A stretch of DNA of 64,000 bases from Desulfomonilia bacterium (GCA_963664325.2 CAXXDQ010000007.1:384001-448000), one strand, 5' to 3'. Counted from the stretch's first letter, positions 39,890 through 50,699 are shown. Notes: generated by a model from the sequence alone, not told the origin. Numbers and translations: made by a program.

Positions 39890-41758
39890 TTGTGGAAAGA
39901 TGAATATGAGAGAAAAAAAGTTTCTCCGAAACAAATAAAGGATATAATCCGCCCAGGTTCAAGGGTGTATATTGAAACAGGATGCAGTGAGCCTCAGTAT
40001 CTTGTCAAAGAACTTATACTCGAAAACAAAGAGTTAAGCGACGTAGAGATATATACTTCCATTCCTTTAAGTGCATATTCAGATTTCGGGGGCGAATACG
40101 GCTCCCGTTTCAGGATGAAATCATTTTTTATATCTCCAAATGTAAGTTCTGCTTTCGAAGAAGGAAGCGCAGATCATATGCCGCTTTCTTCCATAGGGCT
40201 TACCAAATTGTTTTCTCGGGGCTATATCAGGATTAATACCGTTATCATTCAACTCAGCCCGCCTGACAAACAGGGTTTTATGAGCCTGGGGATAACAGTC
40301 GATCTGGCAAAAATTATAATAGAGAAATCAGATATTGTTATCGCACAGGTGAATTCTTACATGCCCCGGACCTTTGGTGATGGTTTTGTTCATATTAACA
40401 AGGTGGATTATATTATTGAAAAAGATGAGCCTCTTCTGGAAATACCTCAGGAAGACCAGGATTCCGAAACGCTTAAAGTCGGAGAGAACATAGCAAAACT
40501 GATTGATGATGGTTCAACTATTCAGGTCGGATTCGGCCGGATCCCAAATTCCGCATTACTGGCATTGAAAAATAAAAAAGATCTGGGTGTTCATTCGGAA
40601 ATAATCACTGATGAAATCTGTAATCTCATGAATGACGGCGTAATAACCAACATTAAAAAAGACACCGACAACGGCAAAACCGTTGCCAGCCTCTGTATAG
40701 GGACTTCAAAAGTATTTGAATTCGTTAATGACAATCCAAGTGTTGAGATGAAAAACCTCAGCTATACGACAGATCCCCAGAACATTCTTTCACACAAGAA
40801 AATGATAGCAATAAACGGCGCTGTTGAGATAGATCTTACAGGTCAGTCATGTGTGGGCATGAGTGATAATGTCGGATATTTCGGGGCTCTTGGACATGCA
40901 ACATTCAACCGAACCGCAATGCTCTGTGAAGGGGGAAAAGGAATAATTGCCTTGAGATCAACTTCGCGCGACGGCAAATTTTCCCGTATCGTTCCTGAAT
41001 TTACAGATAATAAAATAGGAATTATTACCACACAGGCTGATATACATTATGTCGTGACTGAATTCGGGCATGCCGATCTTTTTGGCAAATCCATCAGGGA
41101 AAGGGCATTGGCTTTAATAACCATTGCACATCCTAAATTCAGGACATGGCTTTTACAGGAGGCAAAACGCTTAAACTATGTCTACAAAGACCAGTTTTTA
41201 CCTCCGGAAAATGCTCCATACCCAGTGAAATACGAAAGGGAACTTTTCATGAGAGGAGAAAAACTCATGGTCCGCCCGATTAAGATAACTGACGAAAGGG
41301 GCATACAGGATCTTTTTTATACAATGAGCAGAAATGACAAGTTTTACAGATTTTTAAGGAATGTTTCAGCCTTGCATCATCAACAGGCCCAACCTCTTGT
41401 AAGTTCGGATTATATTAATTCCATGGCGCTTGTAGTTATGCATTCAAGCTTGAAGGAAGAAGGAATTATTGCCGTGGCTCATATTGCACGTGAAATCAAA
41501 GAAAATATGGATGATGTCTGTGAATTTGCCGCCATGGTTCATCCTAACTGGCAGAATATAGGGATAGGGACATTCTTATTGAAGTATATTCTCGGAATAG
41601 CACAAGACATAGGCTTTAGAAAAATGATTGCATACATATGGGAGGATAATATTCAGATGCTGAAGGTCTTCAGCAATACAGGCCTCCCTCTCAAACAGAA
41701 TACAACCAACCGTGTATGCGTAGCAGAATTGGATCTGACTCATCACAAAGCTGAGTGA
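39890..41758 (+). CDS. Acetyl-CoA hydrolase/transferase-family domain fused to C-terminal GNAT
   Basis: QVNSYMPRTFGD, GVHSE, VVTEFG, RERALALI.IAHP; GNAT WQNIGIGT. Confidence 0.88.
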   Translation: MWKDEYERKKVSPKQIKDIIRPGSRVYIETGCSEPQYLVKELILENKELSDVEIYTSIPLSAYSDFGGEYGSRFRMKSFFISPNVSSAFEEGSADHMPLSSIGLTKLFSRGYIRINTVIIQLSPPDKQGFMSLGITVDLAKIIIEKSDIVIAQVNSYMPRTFGDGFVHINKVDYIIEKDEPLLEIPQEDQDSETLKVGENIAKLIDDGSTIQVGFGRIPNSALLALKNKKDLGVHSEIITDEICNLMNDGVITNIKKDTDNGKTVASLCIGTSKVFEFVNDNPSVEMKNLSYTTDPQNILSHKKMIAINGAVEIDLTGQSCVGMSDNVGYFGALGHATFNRTAMLCEGGKGIIALRSTSRDGKFSRIVPEFTDNKIGIITTQADIHYVVTEFGHADLFGKSIRERALALITIAHPKFRTWLLQEAKRLNYVYKDQFLPPENAPYPVKYERELFMRGEKLMVRPIKITDERGIQDLFYTMSRNDKFYRFLRNVSALHHQQAQPLVSSDYINSMALVVMHSSLKEEGIIAVAHIAREIKENMDDVCEFAAMVHPNWQNIGIGTFLLKYILGIAQDIGFRKMIAYIWEDNIQMLKVFSNTGLPLKQNTTNRVCVAELDLTHHKAE

Positions 41759-41815
41759 TTGTGCCCTAACATTTTAAATTGCTATGGCCTGTTTGCTCTG
41801 GTATAGCTTCACCGA

Positions 41816-42736
41816 ATGAATGCAGAGTTTGAAAATGGATTACTAAATATCACATTAAGCTCAAGCAGGCTTACTGGAGAAATTGCAGGTTATATCCTTG
41901 GATCGGGAGGAAAACGCCTAAGACCAAAACTTGTCCTGATGATAGGAGAGGCTGTAGGTGTTGATCCCGAAAGTATTATGCCTATGGCCTATTCAGTAGA
42001 AATTCTTCATACTGCAAGCCTCCTTCATGATGATGTTGTTGACGGAACCGAAATAAGAAGATCCAGACCAACGGCGAATCAGGTATATGGTGATAAACCT
42101 GCTCTTCTTGCCGGTGATTTTCTCTCCGCAACGGCAATGAATATAATATTTTCCCTTGGAAATCTGGGCCTTGCACAATCAATAGTAAGAACAATAATCA
42201 AAATGGCTGAAGGAGAGTTGAAGGAAATTGAATATGCAGCCTCCTTTCATAAAGATATAAATGTATATCTTGATATTATATATTTAAAGACAGCATCACT
42301 CTTTGAACTTTGTACAATTACCCCGGGACTCATAGCGGGCTTGGATTCGAACAAAATTGACGCACTTGCCGATTTTGGAAAAAATATAGGCATGGCATTC
42401 CAAATTGTGGATGATGTGATAAATGTTTATCCGCTTAAAGACGGCAACAAGGATGAATGCAATGATATTTTCGAACGAAAATCAACACTCCCTCTTATTT
42501 ATTTATTCAATGACAAACCTGATTTGATTTCTGATCTTTCTTCTTCCGATGACCCTGATAAATGGCTAGATCTTATATTACCAGAGCTTGACCATGATAT
42601 TTTATACAGATGTAAAACAACCGTGGTTGAATACCTCGATAATGCTATTTCATCAATAAGACAGGCAGGTTTCCTTACAGAAAAAATGCTTAAACTGCCT
42701 GAAACTATTCTTGGCCCTATTGAAATCAGGCTTTAA
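41816..42736 (+). CDS. Polyprenyl diphosphate synthase
   Basis: GGKRLRP, LLHDDVVD, KTASLF, FQIVDD. Confidence 0.9.
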   Translation: MNAEFENGLLNITLSSSRLTGEIAGYILGSGGKRLRPKLVLMIGEAVGVDPESIMPMAYSVEILHTASLLHDDVVDGTEIRRSRPTANQVYGDKPALLAGDFLSATAMNIIFSLGNLGLAQSIVRTIIKMAEGELKEIEYAASFHKDINVYLDIIYLKTASLFELCTITPGLIAGLDSNKIDALADFGKNIGMAFQIVDDVINVYPLKDGNKDECNDIFERKSTLPLIYLFNDKPDLISDLSSSDDPDKWLDLILPELDHDILYRCKTTVVEYLDNAISSIRQAGFLTEKMLKLPETILGPIEIRL

Positions 42737-42869
42737 CTCTATAACCGTATTCTTAGGCACTTATTCACACTTAATCCCATATTATTGTTTACATGGTTAT
42801 TGATTTCTTCCTCATTAGTAACTAATTCAATATTAATAGATCACTCTTGCTGCCAAAGGAGATTGGAAA

Positions 42870-43814
42870 GTGGAATATAAAGACTATTACAAAATTCTTG
42901 GTGTTGATAGAAATGCAACACAGGATGATATTAAAAAGTCATATAGAAAACTTGCGAGAAAGTGTCATCCAGATACCTGCAAAGATGATCCGAATGCAGA
43001 AAACAAGTTTAAGGAAATCAACGAAGCGCATGAGGTGTTAAGCGATCCGGAAAAGAGATCGAGGTACGACGCCCTTGGCAGCAATTGGCAGCAGGGTCAG
43101 AATTTCACACCTCCTCCGGGTTTCGAGCAGTTCTTTGATTTAGGGGGACAGTCTAGACATGGCAGATCTTTCAGGTTCGATTTCGGCGAATCCCCGCGTT
43201 CGTCGGGAGGCAATTTTTCAGATTTTTTTGAAACACTTTTCGGTGGTTTCGGGGGAATGGGAGGTGCACCTGAACAGCACCCATTCAGGAGGCAGGCGCC
43301 CACTGGCAGTGATATCGAAAGCGAAATAGCGATTACACTCGAAGATGCGTATAAAGGTGGAACAAAAGAAATTGCACTTCAGGGACCGAATGGTATTAAA
43401 AGGCTTAATTTCAAGATTCCCAAAGAAGCACATGACGGGATGAAAATAAGGCTTTCAGGCCAGGGAAATCCAGGCCCAGGAGGTTCGGGAGATTTATATC
43501 TGATACTGCGTATCCAGCAGGATAGCAGGTTTAAAATTGAGGGTGAAAACTTGATCATGGACGTACCTGTTATGCCCTGGGATGCAGCTTTGGGTGAAAC
43601 TATGGAAATTGAAACACTTGAAGGGAAAGTCAAACTTAGAATCCCTGCCGGGATATCGACGGGCCAGAGGTTAAGATTCAAAGGACGAGGACTCTCCCAT
43701 AAAGGTGACTTATTTGCCCAGATTAAAATCGTGCTTCCTGCCCAGTTAAGCAATGAACAGAAAAAATTGTTCGGTGAACTAAAAAAGGCCTCGGAAAGAA
43801 ATAAAGGTGAATAG
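42870..43814 (+). CDS. cbpA: Class II J-domain protein (CbpA/DnaJ-like, no zinc finger)
   Basis: [13 protein letters not shown]-rich region, C-terminal domain. Confidence 0.8.
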   Translation: MEYKDYYKILGVDRNATQDDIKKSYRKLARKCHPDTCKDDPNAENKFKEINEAHEVLSDPEKRSRYDALGSNWQQGQNFTPPPGFEQFFDLGGQSRHGRSFRFDFGESPRSSGGNFSDFFETLFGGFGGMGGAPEQHPFRRQAPTGSDIESEIAITLEDAYKGGTKEIALQGPNGIKRLNFKIPKEAHDGMKIRLSGQGNPGPGGSGDLYLILRIQQDSRFKIEGENLIMDVPVMPWDAALGETMEIETLEGKVKLRIPAGISTGQRLRFKGRGLSHKGDLFAQIKIVLPAQLSNEQKKLFGELKKASERNKGE

Positions 43815-43836
43815 CAGTCTTTAAATGCTATTCACC
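43806..43836. terminator. Hairpin between convergent cbpA and comEA
   Basis: GGTGAATAGCA-N9-TGCTATTCACC, 11-bp stem. Confidence 0.55.
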
Positions 43837-43854
43837 GGTTGGTATCTACTTTTT

Positions 43855-44184
43855 TTACTTGACTACTTTTAGTGTTGACTTGCCTTCAAGCATACAGAAT
43901 GGCCTTATTAAATTGAGTTTGGCTTTCCCGATGCCCTTTATTTTATCGAGTTCATTTACCGATTTGAACTGTCCGTGTGAACTGCGGTATGCAACAATGG
44001 CATCAGCCTTTTTCTGTCCTATCCCGGGCAGCATTTGAAATTCTATGGAAGTAGCCGTGTTAATGTTAAGCTTTCCTTCGAGTACATCATTACTCATCCC
44101 CGGTTTTTTCCCTGTTGCTGCATACAAAGAAAAGGACATTAGAATCGTTAAAACCACCATCATTGAAACAACCACTTTTTTCAT
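43855..44184 (-). CDS. comEA: ComEA-like helix-hairpin-helix DNA-binding protein
   Basis: Signal peptide; NINTA, LPGIG, IKGIG. Confidence 0.85.
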   Translation of the reverse strand: MKKVVVSMMVVLTILMSFSLYAATGKKPGMSNDVLEGKLNINTATSIEFQMLPGIGQKKADAIVAYRSSHGQFKSVNELDKIKGIGKAKLNLIRPFCMLEGKSTLKVVK

Positions 44185-44480
44185 ATCTCTAAACCTCCTT
44201 GAATAATTTTATTTCACTTTTATAATTCCTTAATAAATGATCATATTATGCTTGTCAAGCTTTTTCTTATTTATCATATTGGGAATATATTGTTTCTTTT
44301 TAACACAATTTAATAATATCAATTTTGAATTAAAGCCAAGAGGATGTTGATGTCAGATAGGATTGAACGAATTCGAAATAACTGTCTGTTACTATTGTTT
44401 GTTGATTAGTATCGAAACTTCTTTGCAGAAATTCTGTTTTTCATGACAAATTTTAACCGGTTCTCATTGAATGTTTTTGC

Positions 44481-44520
44481 AAAAATGCACCCCCTGACCG
44501 GGTACGGCACAGGGGGTATT
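44481..44520 (-). terminator. Terminator after gdhA
   Basis: ACCCCCTG...CAGGGGGT stem followed by a U-tract on the minus strand. Confidence 0.65.
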
Positions 44521-44545
44521 TCACATGATCGTTTAGGGCTGTTTC

Positions 44546-45874
44546 TTATACACCCTGGTCGATCATGGCATCTGCTACTTTTACAAATCCGCCTATATTA
44601 GCACCGTTTACATAGTTGATAAACTTACCGTCTTTGCCATACTGCACGCATGTCTCATGAATGCTCTGCATGATCTTCTTGAGATTAGCATCTACCTCCT
44701 CTCTTGTCCAGGAAAGACGCATACTGTTCTGGCTCATTTCAAGGCCTGAAGTTGCTACGCCACCTGCATTTGCTGCTTTTCCTGGACCATAAAGGATCTT
44801 TGCTTTCAGAAAAACTTCTATTCCACCAGGTTCGGTCGGCATGTTTGCACCTTCGGATATGCATATGCAGCCGTTCTTAACCAGCGTTTCAGCATCTTTC
44901 TTGCTTATTTCATTTTGCGTTGCTGATGGGAAAGCCACATCGCATTTGACGAACCAAGGGCGTTTCCCTTCGTAATATTTGGCTTTGGGATATTTTCTCA
45001 CATATTCTTTAATCCTGCCGCGTATAACGTTTTTAAGTTCCAAAACATACGCAAGCTTTTCATCATTAATGCCTGCCTCATCAACAATTGTTCCATCGGA
45101 ATCGGAAAGGGTTATGACCTTTGCCCCAAGTTGATTGCATTTCTCAACTGTATACTGCGCAACATTTCCGGAACCTGAAACTGCAATAACCTTCCCATCA
45201 AATTTTTCCTTTCTGGTTCCAAGCATTTCCTCTGCAAAGTATGTTGCCCCGTAGCCTGTTGCTTCCGGCCTGATAAGGCTTCCGCCCCATGCCAGACCTT
45301 TACCTGTAAGTACGCCTGTAACTTCATTAGCCAGTCTTTTATACTGCCCATAAAGATAGCCTATCTCTCGTCCGCCAACACCTATATCGCCTGCCGGCAC
45401 ATCGGTAAATTGGCCTATATGACGGAAAAGCTCTGACATAAAACTCTGACAGAAACGCATTACTTCAGCATCACTTTTACCCTTGGGGTCAAAATCCGAT
45501 CCACCCTTTCCCCCGCCCATTGGAAGCGTTGTCAGGGAATTTTTAAAAACCTGTTCGAATGCAAGAAATTTCAGAATGCCAAGATTTACACTAGGATGAA
45601 AACGGAGTCCCCCTTTGTAAGGTCCTATTGCGCTGTTCATCTGAATACGGAAACCGCGGTTCACCTGGATTTCCCCCTTATCATCTACCCATGGAACACG
45701 GAACATGATTACACGTTCGGGCTCGACAATTCTTTCAAGGATCTTCGCTTTCTTGTACTTGGTGTTCTTGTCGACAAATTTTTCAAGCGACTCGAAAACT
45801 TCCCATACGGCCTGATGAAACTCCAACTCTCCTGGATTTTTGGCTTTCACCTTTTCAAACAACTCTTTGATCAT
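44546..45874 (-). CDS. gdhA: NADP-type glutamate dehydrogenase
   Basis: GPYKGGLRFHP, GGGKGG, RPEATGYG, EGANMP. Confidence 0.96.
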   Translation of the reverse strand: MIKELFEKVKAKNPGELEFHQAVWEVFESLEKFVDKNTKYKKAKILERIVEPERVIMFRVPWVDDKGEIQVNRGFRIQMNSAIGPYKGGLRFHPSVNLGILKFLAFEQVFKNSLTTLPMGGGKGGSDFDPKGKSDAEVMRFCQSFMSELFRHIGQFTDVPAGDIGVGGREIGYLYGQYKRLANEVTGVLTGKGLAWGGSLIRPEATGYGATYFAEEMLGTRKEKFDGKVIAVSGSGNVAQYTVEKCNQLGAKVITLSDSDGTIVDEAGINDEKLAYVLELKNVIRGRIKEYVRKYPKAKYYEGKRPWFVKCDVAFPSATQNEISKKDAETLVKNGCICISEGANMPTEPGGIEVFLKAKILYGPGKAANAGGVATSGLEMSQNSMRLSWTREEVDANLKKIMQSIHETCVQYGKDGKFINYVNGANIGGFVKVADAMIDQGV

Positions 45875-45910
45875 AACACCTCCATGTATTGTGTTGAATT
45901 ATTATATTTA

Positions 45911-45932
45911 TTACGGCATTAATTTGCCGTAA
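45911..45932. promoter_or_regulatory. Palindromic operator candidate TTACGGCA-N6-TGCCGTAA
   Basis: Perfect 8-bp arms, between the gdhA TTGACA box (45979-45974) and its RBS. Confidence 0.6.
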
Positions 45933-46024
45933 CATAATTTATATATATTTTAGCTATCATCACCAACCTGTCTTGTCAACAGTTATGACGGCTTTTTATG
46001 CTATTTTACAGGTTATTTTATTTG

Positions 46025-46077
46025 CGGCAATATTGCCGTTTATATTATTATTATTTATTATCATCGGCAATATTGCC
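46025..46077. promoter_or_regulatory. Two CGGCAATATTGCC palindromes 40 bp apart
   Basis: 46025-46038 (perfect 14-mer) and 46065-46077 in an AT-rich background. Confidence 0.6.
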
Positions 46078-46188
46078 CAATCATAGTATAGCTCTTTGTT
46101 TGATTAAACTGTTGCATCATCAATTTCAAACGGCAAAAATACGTGTGCTACACCTTGACATGAGAGAAAATTTACAGGAAAAGACCTT

Positions 46189-47199
46189 ATGGAAGAAAGA
46201 AAAAGCAGAAAAAAAATGCTTATCCTGAATGTACTCAGAGATTCAGGAAAACCTGTAGGTAGTTCTCACATAATGGATGAACTCAGATATGCCGGCCAGT
46301 ATATGAGCGAGCGGGCAATAAGGATGTATCTTAAAGAGCTTGATGATGAAGGTCTGACATCCAAGAATGGAAGGAAGGGTCGCAGTATTTCAGAAATGGG
46401 TTTGAGAGAAATCGAATCGTCCAAGATATTAGAAAGGGTCGGGTTTCTCTCTGCAAGAATAGACCAGATCACTTATAGAATGAGCTTTGACCTCAAGGAG
46501 AAAACCGGTACTGTCATAGTCAATATATCTATCGTTAAGCCAACGCAGGTAAAAGATAATCTTGATTCAATCTATCATGTATATGAAAACGGCTTTGCCA
46601 TGGGTGAAATGATAGCTCTTTTCGGGGCAGGTGAGAATATCGGAACCATCACTATCCCGGATGGCATGGTCGGTATAGGCACGGTCTGTTCAATAACCCT
46701 AAACGGTGTGCTTTTGAAAGAAGGAATCCCGATGACTTCAAGATTCGGCGGTTTGCTTGAGGTTAGAGATTATAAACCGTCAAGGTTTGTCGAAATTATC
46801 ATGTATGATGGTACAAGCCTCGATCCCCTTGAAATATTCATCAAAAGCGGAATGACGGATAACTCAGGAGCGATATCAACCGGAAAAGGCCGAATAGGGG
46901 CAGGGTTCAGAGAATTCCCGACAGACTGTCTCGAAAAAGTATACGAAGTTGACAGTGAACTCAAGAAAACCGGGCTTGGCGGTTTCAACCTGATAGGAAG
47001 GCCCGGCCAGTCATTGCTTGAAATTCCTGTTGGTGAAGGCCGAATAGGTTCGGTGGTTATCGGCGGACTTAATCCGATTGCAATACTCGAGGAAAAAGGC
47101 ATTCGTATCTATTCAAGGGCCTTGGCAGGAATTATCGATTATGACAGGCTTTTCCACTTCACAGCTTTGGGAACATATTTAAAGCCTCACCTTAGTTAA
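46189..47199 (+). CDS. nrpR: NrpR-type nitrogen regulator (HTH plus one DUF128 domain)
   Basis: SERAIRMYL..LD..G HTH; GTVIVN, GTVCSITLNG, LDPLEIF, GGLNP; divergent from gdhA. Confidence 0.85.
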   Translation: MEERKSRKKMLILNVLRDSGKPVGSSHIMDELRYAGQYMSERAIRMYLKELDDEGLTSKNGRKGRSISEMGLREIESSKILERVGFLSARIDQITYRMSFDLKEKTGTVIVNISIVKPTQVKDNLDSIYHVYENGFAMGEMIALFGAGENIGTITIPDGMVGIGTVCSITLNGVLLKEGIPMTSRFGGLLEVRDYKPSRFVEIIMYDGTSLDPLEIFIKSGMTDNSGAISTGKGRIGAGFREFPTDCLEKVYEVDSELKKTGLGGFNLIGRPGQSLLEIPVGEGRIGSVVIGGLNPIAILEEKGIRIYSRALAGIIDYDRLFHFTALGTYLKPHLS

Positions 47200-47200
47200 T

Positions 47201-48118
47201 TCAAATTTGTCTGCTTTTCAAATAAGCCTGTTCTGCAAGGGCCAGAGCGCCGCATGTACCAGCCCTGTCACCAAGACCCGGCGGTACAATATATTCATCT
47301 ATCTTTTTCATGAGCATATCATGTTTGACATACCCATTAAGGAGTTTCCTGACGCGGGTACGTATCATATCAATAAGGCCAGGTGCTTTCATGACCCCGC
47401 CCCCTGCAATAATACGCTGAGGTGATATCATGAGGGCATAACTGGCGAATGCATAAGCCAGATAATCGGCTTCCAGCACCCAACCCGGGTGTCCGGAAGG
47501 AAGATCCGAGGCTTTTTCCACACCCCATCTCTTTTGAATGGAAGGGCCTGTGGTTAATCCCTCAAGACAGTCTCCATGATATGGACAGATACCGTCAAAC
47601 GGGTCCCGTGAACGGTCATGCGGGACAAAGATATGCCCCATTTCAGGATGGATCAGTCCGTGCATCATATTCCCTGAAACCATACCTCCGCCTCCTACCC
47701 CAGTCCCGACCGTTATATAAAGAAAGGTATCCAATCCCGTTGCAGCCCCCCATCGGAATTCTCCCAGAGCGGCACCGTTTACGTCCGTATCAAACCCGAC
47801 AGGAAGATCGAAAGCCTTTTTTACGGTTCCTGCAAAATCAAACATCTTCCATCCGGGTTTGGGCGGTGTTGTAGTAAATCCGTAAAGTTCAGAATCCAGA
47901 TTGAGTTCGACAGGGCCGAATGAAGCGATACCGATAGCAGACAGGGGTGTTTTCATATGAATGGCTTTAAAATATTCAATTACCTTTGGTAATATCACAT
48001 CAGGGCGTTCTGTAGGAAATACTGTTTCATAAAAAATATTGCCGTCATCATCCCCGACTGCGCAACAGAACTTGGTACCTCCCGCCTCTATTCCTCCAAA
48101 CAGCACGTCTTTCATCAT
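47201..48118 (-). CDS. ROK-family fructokinase
   Basis: IEAGGTKF, DTDVNGAA, HPEMGH, CPYHGDCLEG. Confidence 0.9.
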   Translation of the reverse strand: MMKDVLFGGIEAGGTKFCCAVGDDDGNIFYETVFPTERPDVILPKVIEYFKAIHMKTPLSAIGIASFGPVELNLDSELYGFTTTPPKPGWKMFDFAGTVKKAFDLPVGFDTDVNGAALGEFRWGAATGLDTFLYITVGTGVGGGGMVSGNMMHGLIHPEMGHIFVPHDRSRDPFDGICPYHGDCLEGLTTGPSIQKRWGVEKASDLPSGHPGWVLEADYLAYAFASYALMISPQRIIAGGGVMKAPGLIDMIRTRVRKLLNGYVKHDMLMKKIDEYIVPPGLGDRAGTCGALALAEQAYLKSRQI

Positions 48119-48163
48119 TGACTCCTGAAAATCTGTTTTAGTCAGCATCTTATTTAACTATAT

Positions 48164-48991
48164 TTATTTAATTGGTGCTATGTATTTTGACGACAAATTG
48201 CCTTTAGCTATCACGTTGGATATTTTTGAAAATCCGAATCCCATCATATTAATCTCAGGGATTGCCTGAAGCAAGCCTTAAAAGGTTTCTCCTTCAGGAT
48301 GGTTAAAATACATCAGGACAATATCCCCATGTTCTGCAGAAAGAAGAAATGACCTGACCTTATCCCTGTTTGCAGTAGCCCCGTGATCACCGTTGATGCT
48401 GAATCCTGTGATCTTGTATCCAAGCCTTGCTGCAACATCCACACATATATCATCGATGTTGGCGGTACTGGGTCTGTAAAAAGACGGTTTAAGCCCGGTT
48501 AGCGCCTTGATTTTTTCTTGCATTAAGCTCAATTCCGTCCACCATCTCGGTCAAATCGGCTGCACCTTTTACCCTGTAAGCCTCTTTGCCTCATGAAGTA
48601 AACGGTTTATGCAAAAACCGTAATTCTCAATTTCGAAAAGACCTGTGGCTGCGAGAAATGAAAATACATCGGGATTAGCATCAATCCACCTTGCATTTAT
48701 AAACAAGGTGGCAGGAATCATCTCCTTTATCAGATAATCTATCAGCTCTCTGCCATATCCGCTTCGCCTGGATCCTCCCGTCAAAGCGATCACTTTCTCA
48801 TCAGTATCAAATCTTGTCATGATTCCTGTGATATTCTCTTCCCAATCAGCAGGTTTGCGGTCTGCATATTCCGAAACGATAATCCTTCTGAAATCATAAT
48901 ATCTTTCAGGTCTTACCGATCTGATGATTTTTCCATAACTTCCCGCACAACCTGCAAATATGAAAACGATGAGAATGCAGAAGAAAGGCAA
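48164..48991 (-). pseudogene. Decayed polysaccharide deacetylase (NodB-like) lipoprotein
   Basis: IPATLFINARWID, FEIEN, GFSINGD, NHPEG spread over frames; two frameshifts, TGA at ~48591 and TAA at 48278. Confidence 0.8.
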
Positions 48992-49076
48992 CCGGTAGTA
49001 AACCCTTTTGTTTGTTTTATGTTTTTCACTTCCGGAAATTATAACTCATTTTCGAATTCTGATTATCCCGTTCATA

Positions 49077-50330
49077 CTACCTGCAAGGCGGTTCAATGAA
49101 TCGTGAAGTATCACGTTTGAAAAGCCAGGTTATTATCCAGTCCGCCAGAATCTGGAAACGGTTTTTATACCTCGGCAGCATTGCAAGCTTGAAGGCCTTC
49201 CAGAGCATCCATGCAGGAAATCCTTTTAACTTTATGCCATAGACCTCGCTGACGCCTGACATGAATCCTAATGATGCCATATCGCCGCGGTAATTGAACT
49301 TGAAAGGCTTTGATTTTCCATTCTGAATCGCCTTCTGAATATCCCCGGCAACATACACAGCCTGCTGCACCGCGACCGATGCTGTTGAAGCAAGCGGCTT
49401 TCCTTTATCTTTTACACAAGCGAAATCACCGATTACATAAGCGCCGGGATATCCCGGTACCCGTAGATTTTCATCGACAATTATCCGGCCGGATTTGTCT
49501 TTGTCAATATTATCACCGACAGACAGTCCTGGCGCTTTGATGCCTGCCGTCCAAACAAGGATGCCAGTAGGGATGCATGTACCGTCCTTGAGTATGATGC
49601 ATTTTTCATCAACACTTGTAACAGGAGAATTGAGCCGCACTTTAATACCGATTCCGCTTAATCTTCTTAATGCAACTTCCGAGAGATATCCGGGGAATGA
49701 AGGCAGTACATTGCCCGATGCTTCGAGAAGATTGATTGTAATGTCCGACTTGTCAATTTCCGGATACCCGCGCTTCAATATTATGGAAATGAACTGCGCA
49801 ATTTCAGCGACGACCTCGCAGCCGGTACATCCTGCGCCTGCAACACATATTGAAAGAAGCCGTGCTTTTTCATCTGGATCGTTTACGATGGAGGCCTTCT
49901 CCAGAATGCTTATGATTTCATTGCGCAGCCTTATTACATCTGTAATGCCCTTGAACGTTATGGAGCTTTTTTCGACTCCGGGTATTCCATAAAAATTGGA
50001 TATGCTGCCCGGTGCAATTACGATGTAATCAAACAGATGGTTTCCCGATGAAGTATTGATTGATCTGTTCTTGAAATCAACCGATTGAACCTCCTCGCAT
50101 CTTATTCTTACCTTTCTGGGATCAAGAATTTCCCTTACCGGAACGACGATATGCCTAGCGTTGAGCGAACCTGTCGCCACTTCATGCATCATAGGCGTAT
50201 ACAGAAGGTAATTATTCCTGTCGAATATTGTTATCTCGATGCCCTTTTTAATCTTCAACCGCAGGCTGAAAACAGTAAACAGTCCTGCAAAACCGCATCC
50301 CAAAACTCCAATTTTTACAGTTGGCGGCAT
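49077..50330 (-). CDS. ndh: Type II NADH:quinone oxidoreductase-like flavoprotein
   Basis: GCGFAG, GAGCTGCE, VWTAG, YVIGD, A.QQA. Confidence 0.8.
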   Translation of the reverse strand: MPPTVKIGVLGCGFAGLFTVFSLRLKIKKGIEITIFDRNNYLLYTPMMHEVATGSLNARHIVVPVREILDPRKVRIRCEEVQSVDFKNRSINTSSGNHLFDYIVIAPGSISNFYGIPGVEKSSITFKGITDVIRLRNEIISILEKASIVNDPDEKARLLSICVAGAGCTGCEVVAEIAQFISIILKRGYPEIDKSDITINLLEASGNVLPSFPGYLSEVALRRLSGIGIKVRLNSPVTSVDEKCIILKDGTCIPTGILVWTAGIKAPGLSVGDNIDKDKSGRIIVDENLRVPGYPGAYVIGDFACVKDKGKPLASTASVAVQQAVYVAGDIQKAIQNGKSKPFKFNYRGDMASLGFMSGVSEVYGIKLKGFPAWMLWKAFKLAMLPRYKNRFQILADWIITWLFKRDTSRFIEPPCR

Positions 50331-50339
50331 ATCGGTTTC

Positions 50340-50699
50340 CTACTTATTAAACAGATTGAATCCTGCATATAAGAGCATGATAATTCCACCTGCTACTGCA
50401 ACAAAATACAGCATGGAAACCCATTTAGGTATAAGCGCAGTTCGGGATTCCACGGAAGAGATTTCATTTTGGAGAGCCTTCTGAATCTCCTCAGGTGATC
50501 TTTTTTCAAGCAGCATGCGCGCCCTTATGCGTCTGAGTTTCTTTACATCTTTCCCTTTGGCCAACCTTAATCTGAGGCCCCAGGTGAAAAATGATACAAA
50601 TGCAAAGAACAATGCAATAACAGCCAGCAGCATACTTCCCTTGTCGAACATCATGATCGCCGCAAAACAGCAAATGAGAAAGCCAAGAAAACCGTTCAC
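50340..50699 (-). CDS. Small hypothetical membrane protein
   Basis: Three hydrophobic segments; GGAGG upstream; co-directional with ndh. Confidence 0.6.
   Translation of the reverse strand: MNGFLGFLICCFAAIMMFDKGSMLLAVIALFFAFVSFFTWGLRLRLAKGKDVKKLRRIRARMLLEKRSPEEIQKALQNEISSVESRTALIPKWVSMLYFVAVAGGIIMLLYAGFNLFNK

Noticed and set aside
41816-42736. Second aspartate-rich motif reads DDVIN rather than DDxxD
   Set aside because: DDxxN variants occur in active prenyl synthases; not evidence of a new function
42737-42869. CIRCE-like TTAGGCACT upstream of the J-domain gene
   Set aside because: No matching right arm
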